This document shows, in pieces, positions 27,507 through 39,705 of a DNA stretch of 64,000 nucleotides. Made by a program: the position numbers and the translations under genes. Numbering within the stretch: the first letter of the stretch is position 1; each line of letters starts with the position of its first letter. Source of the DNA: Parasitella parasitica NRRL 2501 (Eukaryota; Fungi; Mucoromycota); NCBI GenBank assembly GCA_025201805.1, contig MU619238.1, positions 386,219 to 450,218 on the forward strand. The letters are read 5' to 3'. Below the pieces are notes generated by a model. It was not told the DNA's origin. It worked only from the letters and a program-made list of their open reading frames with translations, and searched no databases.

Positions 27507-30086
27507 ATGTCTGATATTGCTGTTAAACAGTCTACGAAAAGCATCTTAAAACAAGCGCATACACAGCCAGCGAACAGTGCGGCTTCATGGTTCACAAATC
27601 AACAACCTCGAATCAACAACTTGTTTGGCAGTTTTCGAAAAAACCAATACCAGCAACAAGAGCAGCAGCACACACAAGCACACACTCAAAACGAAATAAA
27701 CGCAGTGAATGCAGAGCTCACATCGAGAGAAATTCGAAGAGTCAGATTTCCCGTCACTGAAATTACGAGCGAATATGTGTTTAGCAAAGAAGCTTTGATA
27801 ACTGAGCGCAAAAAGCAATTACCTGCAGAACCTATCAATATCCAGACTTCCAACCAATTGCTGTCCCTATACGAACTTGTGTGCAGAAAAAAACAAGAAC
27901 CAACAATCGATCTGCTAGTATCAATTTTAATTACGCAGCCCCAAGCTACATTCCTAACCCGGCTTGACTTGACAAATCAGCCCATTGACAGATATAGCAT
28001 TTCGCCTCTGGCTGATATTATGTGCGTTGATTTTGGCATCAGAGAACTAGTGTTAGACAACTGTGGATTAGACGATCATGTAAACTAGGGGGGGGGGGTT
28101 TGCACTAGTAAAATAGCAGCGACTAATCTACTGATAATAGGCTGTGAAAATCATGGCGAGCACTTTGCTGGAAAACGACAAGGTCAAACATCTCAGCTTA
28201 GCAGGCAACTCCAAACTGACAAGCTTGGCTTTCAAATACATTGCCATCTATATAAAAGGAGTAACTACTATTGGTTTCCTAGTGCATAGAGGGATTTAAA
28301 CTAAAAGTTATACCTTCAGGCTTCCCAATTAACAAGCTTAGACTTGTCTTTCACGCAACCTGACAAAAAGAGCATTCAGTACATCGCTACCGCAACACTA
28401 AAGTACGATATTTCATCGTATTTACCCTCACTATCAAGTCTCCTGTTGAACGGATGTGGTTTACGCGGACCTCAGTTAGAAGTGCTTGCCGCTGCTATTC
28501 GGAAATCCAGCACCTCGTTGCAGCATTTATCCATTCAAGACAATCGCATAGGAACACAGGGCGCTTTGGCTGTTGGTGTTATGCTACGAGACTATGACAA
28601 TTTAGATTTTATTCAGCAAGGAATTCAACGCTTGTTCTTGGATCGCAATGACCTGAGCCAGGGTGGGATTCAGTACATTGCTCAGGCTTTGCGTAGAAAT
28701 CAAAGTCTTCGCTACTTGTCAATGTGTGAATGCAGAATCGACGCCAAGGATTGCATACTGTTGGGCGAAGCTCTGAAATACAATCAGCGATTGGAAAGGT
28801 TCGATATAGGCTACAACGCATTGACGACTCCCAACATGGATGGCGTAGGTAGACATATTTATGGGGTGTGTTTGAAGCACTAAGTCATCTATGGTTTAGA
28901 TTACTTCCATCAGACAAGCGCTGAATGTCAATAGATCGTTAAAGGATCTTTGCTTGGCAGGCACTGACTTGAGCACTGAAGCTGCCATTGCTTTGGCCGA
29001 ATGTCTTCCCGAGAACAATACGCTTGTGCGCCTCGATTTATCGAGAAATCCCAACATACAGATTGCTGGTCTGTTGGCATTCTCAGTCTCAATCAAGATG
29101 AATCATACAATAACATTCATTGATATTAATATTCCCGTACGTTTTATATGCATGGCTTTTAGAGTATGCTGACTAACTTTGTGGTATGTACATATAGACC
29201 GTGGATAAGGATATGGTCGATATACATAATGGAATTTTAGCCGCATGTACAAAGAATGCTCAATCAAAGAAAAAGGAAATGGCTCCACAGCAAGATAATC
29301 CAATGGTGACAACAGCTCAGACGACGGCGCGCTTGACACTTGAGGAACGTTTGGCTGCTGTTACGAAAGGAAAGCCCAAGCACAGCACTCCAGCATCATC
29401 TACTGCACCCTCAAATTCAAGCATGTCGCCAGCCCTTCCTAAAAGAAGATCAGCAAACATGGATACGCTTCTGATCCAGCAGGCTTTTGACGATGTAGCG
29501 GTTTTGGAAGATTTGATGAGCGGTAGACAGGAGGAAAAAGATACAGCAGACACTTTGGCTATTGTTAATAGATGCAGACAAGAACATTCGAAAATATGCT
29601 TGAGAATACCAGAGGTTTCCAGCCCATCTCACTTGGGTAAGCATGCGTTTTTTTCTGAAAATGATCAAAGAGAAACTAAAAAAACTACTTGCAGAATTGT
29701 TGCTGGCAATCAATGACAGATTAACTGTTGCCATTCGATCATTTGGGGAAAAACAGGCAATGGAGGCTGAAGCCATTGAAGCTGCAATCAAAGAGCAGCA
29801 ACCAGAACAACAAGATAAAGAGCGAAATACCTTGAAAGAAGAAGAAAAGCCACAGAGTTCATTTGAAATAGGCGATGATGATGACGATGACGATCAAGAC
29901 ATCACTTTGATAGATACTGAATACAACGAGACAAAGGAAACACCATTACAGGCATTACGAAGTGAAATTGAGGCAGAAGAAGGCGCTGCTTTCTTGAATG
30001 CAAAGAAGGACGAACTGGAGTTAAAATCGAGAGAGAATGCTCTTTTGGAAGAGTCAAGCAAGACAAATGAGAAGCCTCCTGTATAG
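27507..30086 (+). CDS. RNI-like leucine-rich-repeat PP1 regulatory subunit (Mhp1/PPP1R37-like)
   Basis: N-terminal SILK (KSILK) and RVxF (RRVRF) PP1-docking motifs. RNI-type LRRs (LVLDNCGL, LSIQDNRIG, LFLDRNDL, LRRNQSLRYL, LAECLPENNTLVRLDLSRNP). GAT-like LLAINDRLT. Acidic tail. Confidence 0.85.
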
Positions 30087-31518
30087 ATCAACTATGAAGA
30101 CGATAGATTAGAACACAATCCCTAAAGACTAGAGAAAGATTAATGCGTATTTTTAGTTTTTCTTGCATCAGCTGTAATCATAACCACTAAGCTGCTGTCT
30201 TTTCAACGTGCTTAATTCAATCAAGAATAATGATAATTATAAAGTGAAATAATAGCGAATATCTCAAACAAATCCTAGAAAATCACTATCATGAAGAGGA
30301 AATGTTAATCATTCCTAGCCAAATTCTCGTTGAGGTGCGGCCCTTTTGTCGCATTGAGCAAGATGGCGTAAAAATGCAGGGAGTCAGCAACGAGCCAGTA
30401 AATTTGCAATATGTGGACGTCTGTTCCTTACATACAAACCACTTGAGGGTTTATCTGATCAACGCTTGTCACCTAACGAGCCGACAATTCCTAGCAACAC
30501 AACTGATTTTACATGTTGCAGCCTCAGGGACTAATTTCGACATATTGCGAATACACTACATTCGGGAAGCGCTTGTATATGGACAAGGCAACAATATAAT
30601 GACGACACTAATATTAGACTAAATGGATCTACATGATGCATCAGTTTTCCTGGTAACTGGTTGCAGTTTGAAATTAGTTCATACTGTATTACCACATATC
30701 AGAGTCAACAGCGAATCATCTCCAACTGTTAGTTTTGAAAATGTCCCCAGCATTGCTCTTTATTGCAAGATCCATGATTGTGCCTCCAATAAATGGGCGG
30801 CACAATGACAGCCAATAAATACAAAAGACAGCTGTTTTAAATGGCCATCAAAGCGTACGATACAAAAAAAATACTACGATTTATTTAACCGTGCCGCAGG
30901 AATAGGACCATGATCGCGGATGAGGGATAATTGGGTACGCCTTGAACCAATCCCTAAGAGCTTGGTGAATAAGAGTTTCCGAATTACCAGTAAGGGTAGG
31001 CTGTTCTTCATGTAGCTTTTGGTGGAAGAACATTCATCAGGGTTTAACACCGATTTCAGGAACCAAATGTCATAGGATATCACCACTCTGTACTGGGATA
31101 AAGATCAGCCATTCTATGGCACCACTCATTTCTAAATAAAGTCATCTCATTCTCCTACTCATACTCGCTTTGTGATTTATTATACAGGAATAGATTACCG
31201 CTTAGATTGGATCTCTATCCTCAACAGATCGGTTTTTGGTAATCATGTTGTACCAATGATCCCCAGAAAAGGTCCAACCATTTTCATCGAACACATAGTT
31301 TCTGCACGTAGGATTCAGGCCTTGTTTTTTCTCATGCGATAAACTTAACAATTTACCCATAATTGATGACGGAGGAGCACAGTCAAACAGGTAAATAGCT
31401 TAAGCAGGTTTGTGTTGGAAGGAGGGGTCTAGTAAGAGTTACCGGTTCGATGATTAGCCTTGAAATTTATTCATGGTCATGGCAAAAAGCTGGAGGCACA
31501 GTATTCATAGTCAAATCA

Positions 31519-31679
31519 TCATTTAGGAAAGGAGCCTTCCGGGCAACCTTTACTTGTCTTCACGTCATATATTTTATAGGCCATTCTAGCACAATTATTT
31601 TCTGTTGTGCTGTTGGTAGGTGCACCTCGAACCATGCTATCGCCCATTAGAATCCCAGGAGTAGCAACCGTGAGACGAT
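31519..31679 (-). pseudogene. Copy 1 of the 10-Cys secreted protein family (dead, 3'-truncated)
   Basis: Aligns to copy 5. Start codon ATG changed to ATC (31679-31677), and a 16-nt deletion lies in the signal peptide. It then reads LMGDSMVRGAPTNSTTENNCARMAYKIYDVKTSKGCP, and homology ends after Cys2. Confidence 0.85.
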
Positions 31680-32715
31680 TTTGATTTTTAAGGGTTGAAA
31701 TAATTGATTGTTGCAAGTCATTCTAGAAAACAAAATTATGCGGTTTATTTATATAGCGTGCATCGAGTGTGTAGATCAGGCTGCTAAGATTACCCTCCCT
31801 CCAACGTTTTTTTTGTTGGGAAGTGTAAACTATTTTCTTCAAGATATAACTGTATTCACAATAACAAGTCGTAAAGAAACTCTTCTTTGGAGTTCCTGTT
31901 CACTGTAATTAGCAATACATTATCTTCTATCGTTTATCATACGTAAATGAACAATGTAGAATTAATCGCCAAAATGTCGTTTTTGTTCAAATTTTTCTGA
32001 ATTAGTGGTCTCTACATCCCAAAAGTACCAGCATTATAGATTTGTTACACAAATCCTGTCTATAGTATATCGTTTGATCATCTTTCCCCTTTCATGAATT
32101 TAAGTATTTGAAGGTCGAGTGTTCATGTACGCAACTGTTCAAAAAAACATTAGGATATATTGCTTGTGTAGGTAGTCAAGCATTACTACCTTGTTATACT
32201 CATTAGTGTCTTTAATCAAAGTAATTTCGATGCAATCATACAAAAAAAAAGAAAGCAGGTCAAACAATTCAACTACAAAACTGTGTTTATAATGCGCAAT
32301 AGCTCTTCTTCTTTCCCTTGATCGTTTTCATATGATCAGTGTTTTGCCTCCAATACTTGTAAAAGTTGTACATATACATCCGATCTTATCTTTATAAAGC
32401 TACATTGGACAAAAGTTGCATGTCAGTCATCTGTTCTAGGGATGCTTAAAAGTGAAACTTACGTTTGTTGTCTGATCAGCATGATGCATCATTTTTAAGA
32501 CTTGGTACTAATTCAATCCACTACTATTAAAGCGACCAGATTCTTCAAAGAAAAGCTTGTTATAACTCACCACTTACGACTACATACTTTCCGGCAAAAC
32601 AATGATAGTAAGCGAGCAAAAGCAATTTAATTGTTACAGTTTACAACGAGATGATGTTAGTAGTTTGATTTATACAGTAAACGCAAGCATATTTATTAGG
32701 CAAGCAGATCTTCGC

Positions 32716-32791
32716 AATGCAACCGTCTTTTTGATGGTAGTACTAAAGCAGCTAATGCAACCGTCTCCTTGGTGGTAGTACTAAAGCAGCT
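32716..32791 (+). repeat. 38-bp tandem duplication in the promoter of family copy 2
   Basis: aatgcaaccgtctttttgatggtagtactaaagcagct / aatgcaaccgtctccttggtggtagtactaaagcagct (3 mismatches). Confidence 0.95.
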
Positions 32792-32885
32792 ATGTGTGCA
32801 TTCTAAATATATGACTTTGTAATTTTGAAACCTATATAAACCTCCACTTATTCCAACGAGTAGCCATTAAATATCAACAATTAAA

Positions 32886-33344
32886 ATGGTCTCAAAATCT
32901 CTGTCTCTTGCAATGCTTATTGTTGTGGCTCTATTGGGGGATAGAACGGCTCAAGGTGCACCTGCTGCTAGAGAAGAAGATGCTTGTACTAAAGAGGCCT
33001 TTGAAGCATATGATTATAGAACAAAAAATGGATGTGGAAGATCCAAGTCTGAGAGCGACTGTAAATTTTTGTTCGAAGCTTCTATCAAGATCCTAAATGA
33101 TGTTCTAGAAACTTGTGGAAACATGGGTGGCTATTCACTTTGCAGAGTTAAAAATCCTGGATTCTTTTCTTTTGGTCGTTGTTCTGCAACGCTTCAATTA
33201 GAAGCAGCCACCAAAGAAGCATGCGAAGCCGCAAGCAAGGAGCCTTATACTTTTATTGGCCAAGATGGATACAGGAACACATATTCTGCGTCAGAGGCTT
33301 ATTGCATTAATTCGCCAAACTACAATTGTATATCTGAATGTTAG
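32886..33344 (+). CDS. Small secreted cysteine-rich protein, family copy 2 (152 aa, 10 Cys, intact)
   Basis: Hydrophobic signal ending AQG|AP; 10 Cys in the family spacing; TATA box at 32833; no intron. Confidence 0.9.
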   Translation: MVSKSLSLAMLIVVALLGDRTAQGAPAAREEDACTKEAFEAYDYRTKNGCGRSKSESDCKFLFEASIKILNDVLETCGNMGGYSLCRVKNPGFFSFGRCSATLQLEAATKEACEAASKEPYTFIGQDGYRNTYSASEAYCINSPNYNCISEC

Positions 33345-34258
33345 TTTTTTTTTTATTTTATTAAAATATGATCTCTGCTTTCGTTGTACGCTGGACGGTT
33401 TTGTTATTACTCACTTTGCGTATTGCTTGATGTCCACACTATCATTAACATATGATCGCAGGTACACTTTTTCGATTGTTCACATGAAAATACCGTTGAA
33501 AACTGCGGATTTTTGTCTATTTAGGACACTCTCGATGAATTGTTTCCTAGTACAAGCCCTCATGATAGAAGTCGTTCCAAACTGACTTTTTGCGGAGTCA
33601 GTTTATTAGCGACAACAGGTATGCTCCTTAAATATGCAGCCGACATGGCTCGCAACGCTCCACAACATGTTCAAGCGATGGCATTCCTACTTAGTATTAT
33701 GAAGACCTATGGTTGAGAAGGTAATATACCTCAAAGCTGTATTTAACGCTTTCGAGTATTATCCACATTAATCACCACTATCATCACCGTTTTTTTTTCT
33801 TTTTCTTTTTCTTTTCTAAAACAAGCTTCTTTCCAATGTCAATCGCCACCTCACAGACGAGGCGTCACAATCCACCATGACCAGACGCCTACACAACTGC
33901 CTTATGCAAAATGATACCGGTATATTCCTTCACCTCTCCTTCCACAGACTACTGTTTCCTAGTCCTTTATCTGGAGGCGACTTCTTCGACCTTTATACCT
34001 TCCTTCGTACCATACTTATGATAACTCTCCTCATATATGTAATTAATCACCCGGATCTATCTTCTCTGAATTCGACCATATGTTAATGATGTTGCAAACT
34101 CAAAGCAATACGCAAAGTGTGTACTAAAGAAATAACCCCAGCCTACAAAACTTCTTTCTCTTCTCTTTTATGGCTCTGCATACAGGAGCAGTGCTCAAAT
34201 CCAAATAAAAGCACTAATTGATATCGAAAAACACACGTTCAAATTTTTATTACAAAAC

Positions 34259-34720
34259 TTAACATAAAGAGATGCATCTGTAGTTGGGTGAGTTAACACA
34301 AATAGCTTCCGATGGAGAATACGTGGTCTTGGATCCACCGGCGCCATGGAAAGTATAGGGCTTTTTTCTTGCTGCTTCACATTCGGCTTTGGTGATTGCA
34401 CTAAATTCACGTACCGCAGAACATCTACGAAAAGAAAAGACTCCAGGATCTCGAACTCTGCAAAGCGAGAAAGCATCCGGATCTCCACACTTTGCCAGAT
34501 CTTTATTCAGGGACAGGACGGAGAATTCCAACAAAAATTTGCAACGTTCTGGAGACTTGTCTTGTCCAGTACACCCGTGTTTTGTTCTACGTTCATATGC
34601 GGCAAAGGCCTTTTGAGTACAAGCATCTTCTGTGTTAGCGGCAGGAGCACCGTGAACCATTCTATCGCCCAGTAGAGTCATAACAAGAAACATTACAAGA
34701 AACAACAATTTTGAGGCCAT
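34259..34720 (-). CDS. Small secreted cysteine-rich protein, family copy 3 (153 aa, 10 Cys, intact)
   Basis: The true start MASKLLFL at 34720 is set by alignment with paralogs. Same Cys scaffold; TATA box about 90 nt upstream. Confidence 0.9.
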   Translation of the reverse strand: MASKLLFLVMFLVMTLLGDRMVHGAPAANTEDACTQKAFAAYERRTKHGCTGQDKSPERCKFLLEFSVLSLNKDLAKCGDPDAFSLCRVRDPGVFSFRRCSAVREFSAITKAECEAARKKPYTFHGAGGSKTTYSPSEAICVNSPNYRCISLC

Positions 34721-35564
34721 TTTGGTTGCTGCTAATTGATAGCGGATAGTTGAAATGAGTAATTGTTGAGGTTCACTCTTGAAAAAGAGTAAAATAAAGG
34801 GATATTTATATAGATTTGAGAACTGTACCAAGTAAGCTTTATTCTCTCCAAGGGGGAACCGACATATTGCGTAAATCTGCTAGCCTAATGGCATGCATGG
34901 ACCTAGTATGTAGATCAGGCTGCTAGACTGCTAGCAATGTTTCCATCTTCATCTTTGGGAAGCGCAATTTTTTTTTTTTTTTTTACCCTTTTTCTACATG
35001 ATGAGTATATTCGCCATAATGAATTGGCAGCAACTCTTCATTGCTGCTTCTAGCAACTTGCATTAACAATATCTCACACACTGACGATTGTTCTTACATA
35101 ATGCACAATGTAGATCAGATAAAAAACATGGATCTGATCTGCAACAGGTGACGCCAAGACGTACAATTGTGTATAATCAAAAGTATTTTCTTCAATCTTC
35201 CTTTGTTGATTTTTTAAGTTCTCTATTGCCGCATTATTTTTCATGCATGGCATTTCTGTATAATTTTGAAAACGTATGAATCTTAACTCGATACAATTCT
35301 TGTGGTTGATATATAGTTTATAATCATCGAAATAAATTTATGTACCCAATATAACCTTCAAGCGTACATGTGGTTTGCTTAGGTAAATCCAAAAATGATG
35401 AGGAGAAAGGCTGTCGCTTGATTTACTTACTTTTAATAGTTTATTGTAGGCTAATCAGAAGTGTTCTAAATGCATATGCAAGTAAGCAACGCAACTTTCA
35501 TACAGAAAAAGAAACCTATCTTGCTATGGCCTGAAGACCATATAATAATGGTACAAATTCCAAG

Positions 35565-35697
35565 CAATATGGTGCACAAGGTAATAACATATTATTCTAG
35601 CTTACAAACGTCCATCCTCCCTCTTTTATGGCTTTGTAAACTGAAGCAGTGATTATATCCAAACAAGAACTCTAAATGACATTCGCAAATACACTTC
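35565..35697 (-). repeat. Orphan 3'-flank of the 10-Cys family, with no adjacent CDS
   Basis: Similar to the 3' flank of copy 3 (about 34110-34240) and, on the reverse strand, to the 3' flank of copy 4 (about 37005-37141). Confidence 0.7.
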
Positions 35698-36510
35698 ATT
35701 GGACGCCAGACTTTTGGGTTCTTTTCTTTATGAGTCATTTAGAGAATGAACCCCTGTGCCTTCTATAACGCGGATAGATCTCGTGTACATACTCTACCTA
35801 CCGTAGACGACTGTATATAGAAAACCTTTTATTTTTTTATTTTTTTTTATTGCATAGCCTGTTTACAGGGTTGTTTATACTGTATCGCCTGTCGTTGAAT
35901 CTTCTGTCATTTTCCAATCATTTCAACGAGCCACGTGTGCTCTTTGTGTACAATTTGTTTAGTATAAACAATATAATTATATATAAAAATTGTAACAATT
36001 TGAAAGGTATCTGTTCTTAGAGTCAAACGAAACTAGCGTACTGATAGATGTCTTGAAGACATGACAACAAAAATAAGATCAAAGGGGGTGCCGTCTGCAT
36101 GTACGCTTTCACGTCATGTGTTGCAAGCATATCTATGTTTACTTATCTGATCTACACAATGCATTATATATGAGAATCGATTATATGTAATATATTATTG
36201 ATAAAAGTCAACAAAAGCAGTAATGAACGACTCATTACTGCGAGTATACTTCTCTTGGTGAAGATGGTATATAAACAGTTGCATTTCCCAGCAGTTAAAA
36301 CGCTGCTAGCAGTATCGCAGATTGATTTGCACTAGATGCATACATTCTTCTATGCTAGTAGAATTACACAATATGTCGGTCCCCCCTGGATAGAATAAAG
36401 CAGCTGCAAGTGCTCGCTTAATACATGGATTTGCAGTTTTGAAATCTGTATAAATAACCACATATTTCTTTCCGTAAATGAGCTACAGTTGTCAATTAGC
36501 AGCAATCAAA

Positions 36511-36975
36511 ATGGCCTCAAAGTTGTTGTTTCTTATAATGTTTATTTCTATGACTCTACTGGGTGATAGAATGGTTCAAGGTGCTCCTGCTACTATCACA
36601 GAAGATCCCTGTGTGCAAAAGGCCTTCGAAACATATGATTATAGAACAACAAAAGGATGCACTGAAAATGCCGATTCTACTGGGAGTTGCAAATCTTTTT
36701 TTGAATTTTCCATCAAGTCCTTGAATACTGAACTTGCAAAGTGTGGAAATCCAAAGAGTTTCTCGCTTTGCAGAGTTAAAGACCCTGGATCCTTTTCTTT
36801 AGATTCATGTACTGCAGCAACTGAATTACAACGGGTCACCAAAGAAAAATGTGAAGCCGCAAGCAAGGAACCTTTTACTTTCTATGGCCAAAATGGATAT
36901 AAAAATACATATTCTGCGTCGGAGGCTTTTTGCATTAACTCACCAAATGTCGATTGTCTCTCTTTATGTTCTTAA
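36511..36975 (+). CDS. Small secreted cysteine-rich protein, family copy 4 (154 aa, 10 Cys, intact)
   Basis: MASKLLFLIMFISMTLLGDRMVQG|AP; 10 Cys; TATA box at 36449; AATAAA at 36983. Confidence 0.9.
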   Translation: MASKLLFLIMFISMTLLGDRMVQGAPATITEDPCVQKAFETYDYRTTKGCTENADSTGSCKSFFEFSIKSLNTELAKCGNPKSFSLCRVKDPGSFSLDSCTAATELQRVTKEKCEAASKEPFTFYGQNGYKNTYSASEAFCINSPNVDCLSLCS

Positions 36976-37847
36976 GCCTTTTAATAAACATTTGAGTATA
37001 AACACAAAGTACATTTGTCAATGTCATTTTAAGTTTTTGTATGAATATAACCTCTACTTTTCTGTCTTAAACAATCACCAAAGTGAGAATGCGAGTTTCG
37101 TAAGCTGGGGTAACCATGCTGTTACTCACTTTGTATATTGCTTTACGATTAGCAGATGATGTGAAGTGCATAGTAACATAGGCTCAGGTACTATACAAGT
37201 TTTCAATAATTACTCACAAATGTGGGTGCCGTTGACGACGGCAGGTTTTCACCTATTCAGGACACTTATTTTATCAATGGTCCTATCAGTAAGACTTTGC
37301 TTGTCGGAAAGTCGAATCCGTTGATTGCGCTTTGGAGTACTTATAAAACTGAGTATACTTCAATCCTCCTCCTATAGATTCTGTTATCGTACGTGCTACA
37401 CTCCACTTAATAACAGGATTAGCTATTGAATGTGCGCCAAAACAAAGGAGTTCATACTCTTTGTCCCCAAAATATAACCAACGTTTCTCTTTTTTACGCA
37501 AATCGCACATAATCAAAAGTGATGCTAGACAATGTACCTAAACCTTTAGTAATAACATCATTAAAGAGAGGCCCATTATCTGTTATTATCTACAGATCTA
37601 TACTTGCGCTTTGATGTCTGATTTAATTTCTAAAGTGCTAATTGCCAAGCATAGGAAAAGACATTGCTATAAAATCATTGAATGCAAAAATGCATTTTAT
37701 TTAAGCAAGGCATGTGGTATTCGAAAGTTAATGAGCATAAAGTACATAATAAAATTATGAGAAAAAGTAAGCCTGAAAGGAAATTTGATTCGAATTTTGT
37801 CAAATTACAAAAAAGATGTAAACACATTACTTCTACTTGATTAAATT

Positions 37848-38416
37848 GGCATAACTCGGTCAGAAATTACTGCTCGCATTGGGGCACCAGCAACACAGTC
37901 ATTGAAATTGATTAAAGAAACCAATACATGGCGTTGGTAGGCTCTGCCTAGACGCTTAATCTCACAGACTATAATCTTGGTAATTTCTGCAGGTGAGAGC
38001 TCTATTTCAAAATGGCCGAACGATAGAATCTCATTATTAATGTTACTTTAAAAATAAGAGGAAGCTTGCCTTTCAACCGACCCTAGAAGATATGGTTCCT
38101 GTCGCATTTTTAAGCGGTTAACTTTGGAGCAATATTTCTCGCAAGATTTGGTACAGGCCTTCAACTATTGCATTAAGCCAAAAATCAGGGCCATTTTCTG
38201 CTAATAGACATTGAACGTTTATACAAGTTAAATATGTAGCGGCTGCGGAAGAAAAGACCTAGAAAATGTGAAACTTAAGAGCAGCAAAGCCTGCGGATCC
38301 TAATCAGTGGAGACTGTCGACGTATATAGCAACGAGATGTAAACGCTGCACACAACATTCACGCTTTGGCAATAATAAGGATTCATTGTAACAAACGTCC
38401 CAAAGTATTCTATTAA
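37848..38416 (+). mobile_element. Degenerate Fanzor (TnpB-like RuvC nuclease) C-terminal relic 1
   Basis: Across frameshifts it reads KLAFQPTLEDMVPVAFLSG...AKNQGHFLLIDIE/YTS*ICSGCGRKDLENVK.../LRILISGDCRRI*QRDVNAAHNIHALAIIRIHCNKRPKVFY*. This gives a RuvC-II acidic residue, a CxxC zinc finger, RuvC-III RDxNAA.NI and a terminal RP.VF, in the TnpB/Fanzor order. Not in the ORF track because of stops. Confidence 0.8.
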
Positions 38417-38417
38417 T

Positions 38418-38464
38418 CCGAGTATCAAAGACTCGCGACGGTTATTCCGCGAAAGTATACTTGG
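38418..38464 (+). ncRNA. Candidate Fanzor omegaRNA scaffold hairpin
   Basis: Begins 2 nt after the relic's stop. CCGAGTAT (38418-25) pairs with ATACTTGG (38457-64; one G-U), and TCGCG (38433-37) pairs with CGCGA (38448-52). GC-rich island in AT-rich surroundings. Function is inferred from position only. Confidence 0.45.
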
Positions 38465-39257
38465 AAAAAGAAGGCATTTGACGCTATTATTGCTGACGCT
38501 CGATTATATCTTTGTCTTTATTCATTATCAACTTCTTTCCAATTACTATTGATAGTTTTTCATTATCTTGAAACAAACAGTAAGACACTTTTGATAATTT
38601 TGCTTAGCATAAGCATAAACCTAATACATACCGTACAACTAAACTAAATATAATAGTAATTCGTTTACAAATTTCCCCTATTACTTTTCAATCCATCTAA
38701 ACGAGCAACGTGTACGCTTTGTCTCCAATTTGCGAAAGATACATATATTTGTGCTTATGGAAATAAATCTATGTCGCTAACAATATACTGTAAGAAATGT
38801 GTGAAGTTGCATTGCATACGTTTTAGATCATACTGAGACGTCATGTATGAAAATCAATTTAGTAACAGACCTCTTCCAAATTAGCAATGCAAAAAAATAT
38901 CAAAGAGAATATTTTTCATTTTATTGTATGCATATGTACGCTTTTATGTTATATTTGCTTGTCTGATCTACATTCTGCTTATGAATAAAGATACCACATA
39001 CTATATTTTTTATAGAGACTCGTTATTATGAATACGATTATCTTGGTGAAAACGGTGTATAGACGCCTAGCTGTCTAGCAATCTAATCTACACACTAGAT
39101 GCATGCATACTATCAGGCTAATAGGTTCACACTGTATGTTGGTTCCCCTGGTGTGAACAAGGAGTCGTATGCGTTAACCTAATATTTGGTATTGTATAAA
39201 TAACTGCAAATTTTTCTTTTCTGAAATGATCAACCAAGCCAACTCTTAAATATCAAA

Positions 39258-39705
39258 ATGGTCTCAAGATTGCTACTGCTAGTAACGTTCATTGCTGTGA
39301 GTCTAATGGGCGACAAAATGGTTCGTGGTGTACCTGTCAATAACACTGAAGATAATTGTACTAAAGCAGCCTACGGAGTTTATGATTTCTTGACAAAAAG
39401 AAGGTTGTCCTAGTCAATATACTCCAGAAAAATGCCAAAAATTATTTTCAGATGCTGTTGGGGCCCTGAATGTTGCTCTTGCAATTTGTAAACCTCCAGA
39501 GGGCTACACACTTTGCAGAGTTAAAAGAATTTTCTTTTCCTGTACTACTTCAAATCAATTTGATGCAATCCCCAAAGAGCGATGCGAAGCCGAGAGCAAG
39601 AAGGATTTTACTTTCAAGGGCGCTGGTGGTTCTAAAGACTTATTTAAATCTTCAGAAGCCTTTTGTATTCAAACGCCAAAGTTCAATTGTCGCAACTTAT
39701 GCTAA
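39258..39705 (+). pseudogene. Family copy 5; full length with all 10 Cys but one +1 frameshift
   Basis: MVSRLLLLVTFIAVSLMGDKMVRGVP...DNCTKAAYGVYDFLTK. The A5 run at 39395-39399 shifts the frame. Removing one A gives EGCPSQYTPEKC...ICKPPEGYTLCRVK...SEAFCIQTPKFNCRNLC* (stop 39703-39705). Confidence 0.88.

Noticed and set aside
33840-34086. C-rich 69-aa ORF between copies 2 and 3, possibly a retroelement scrap
   Set aside because: No diagnostic motif that I can support.
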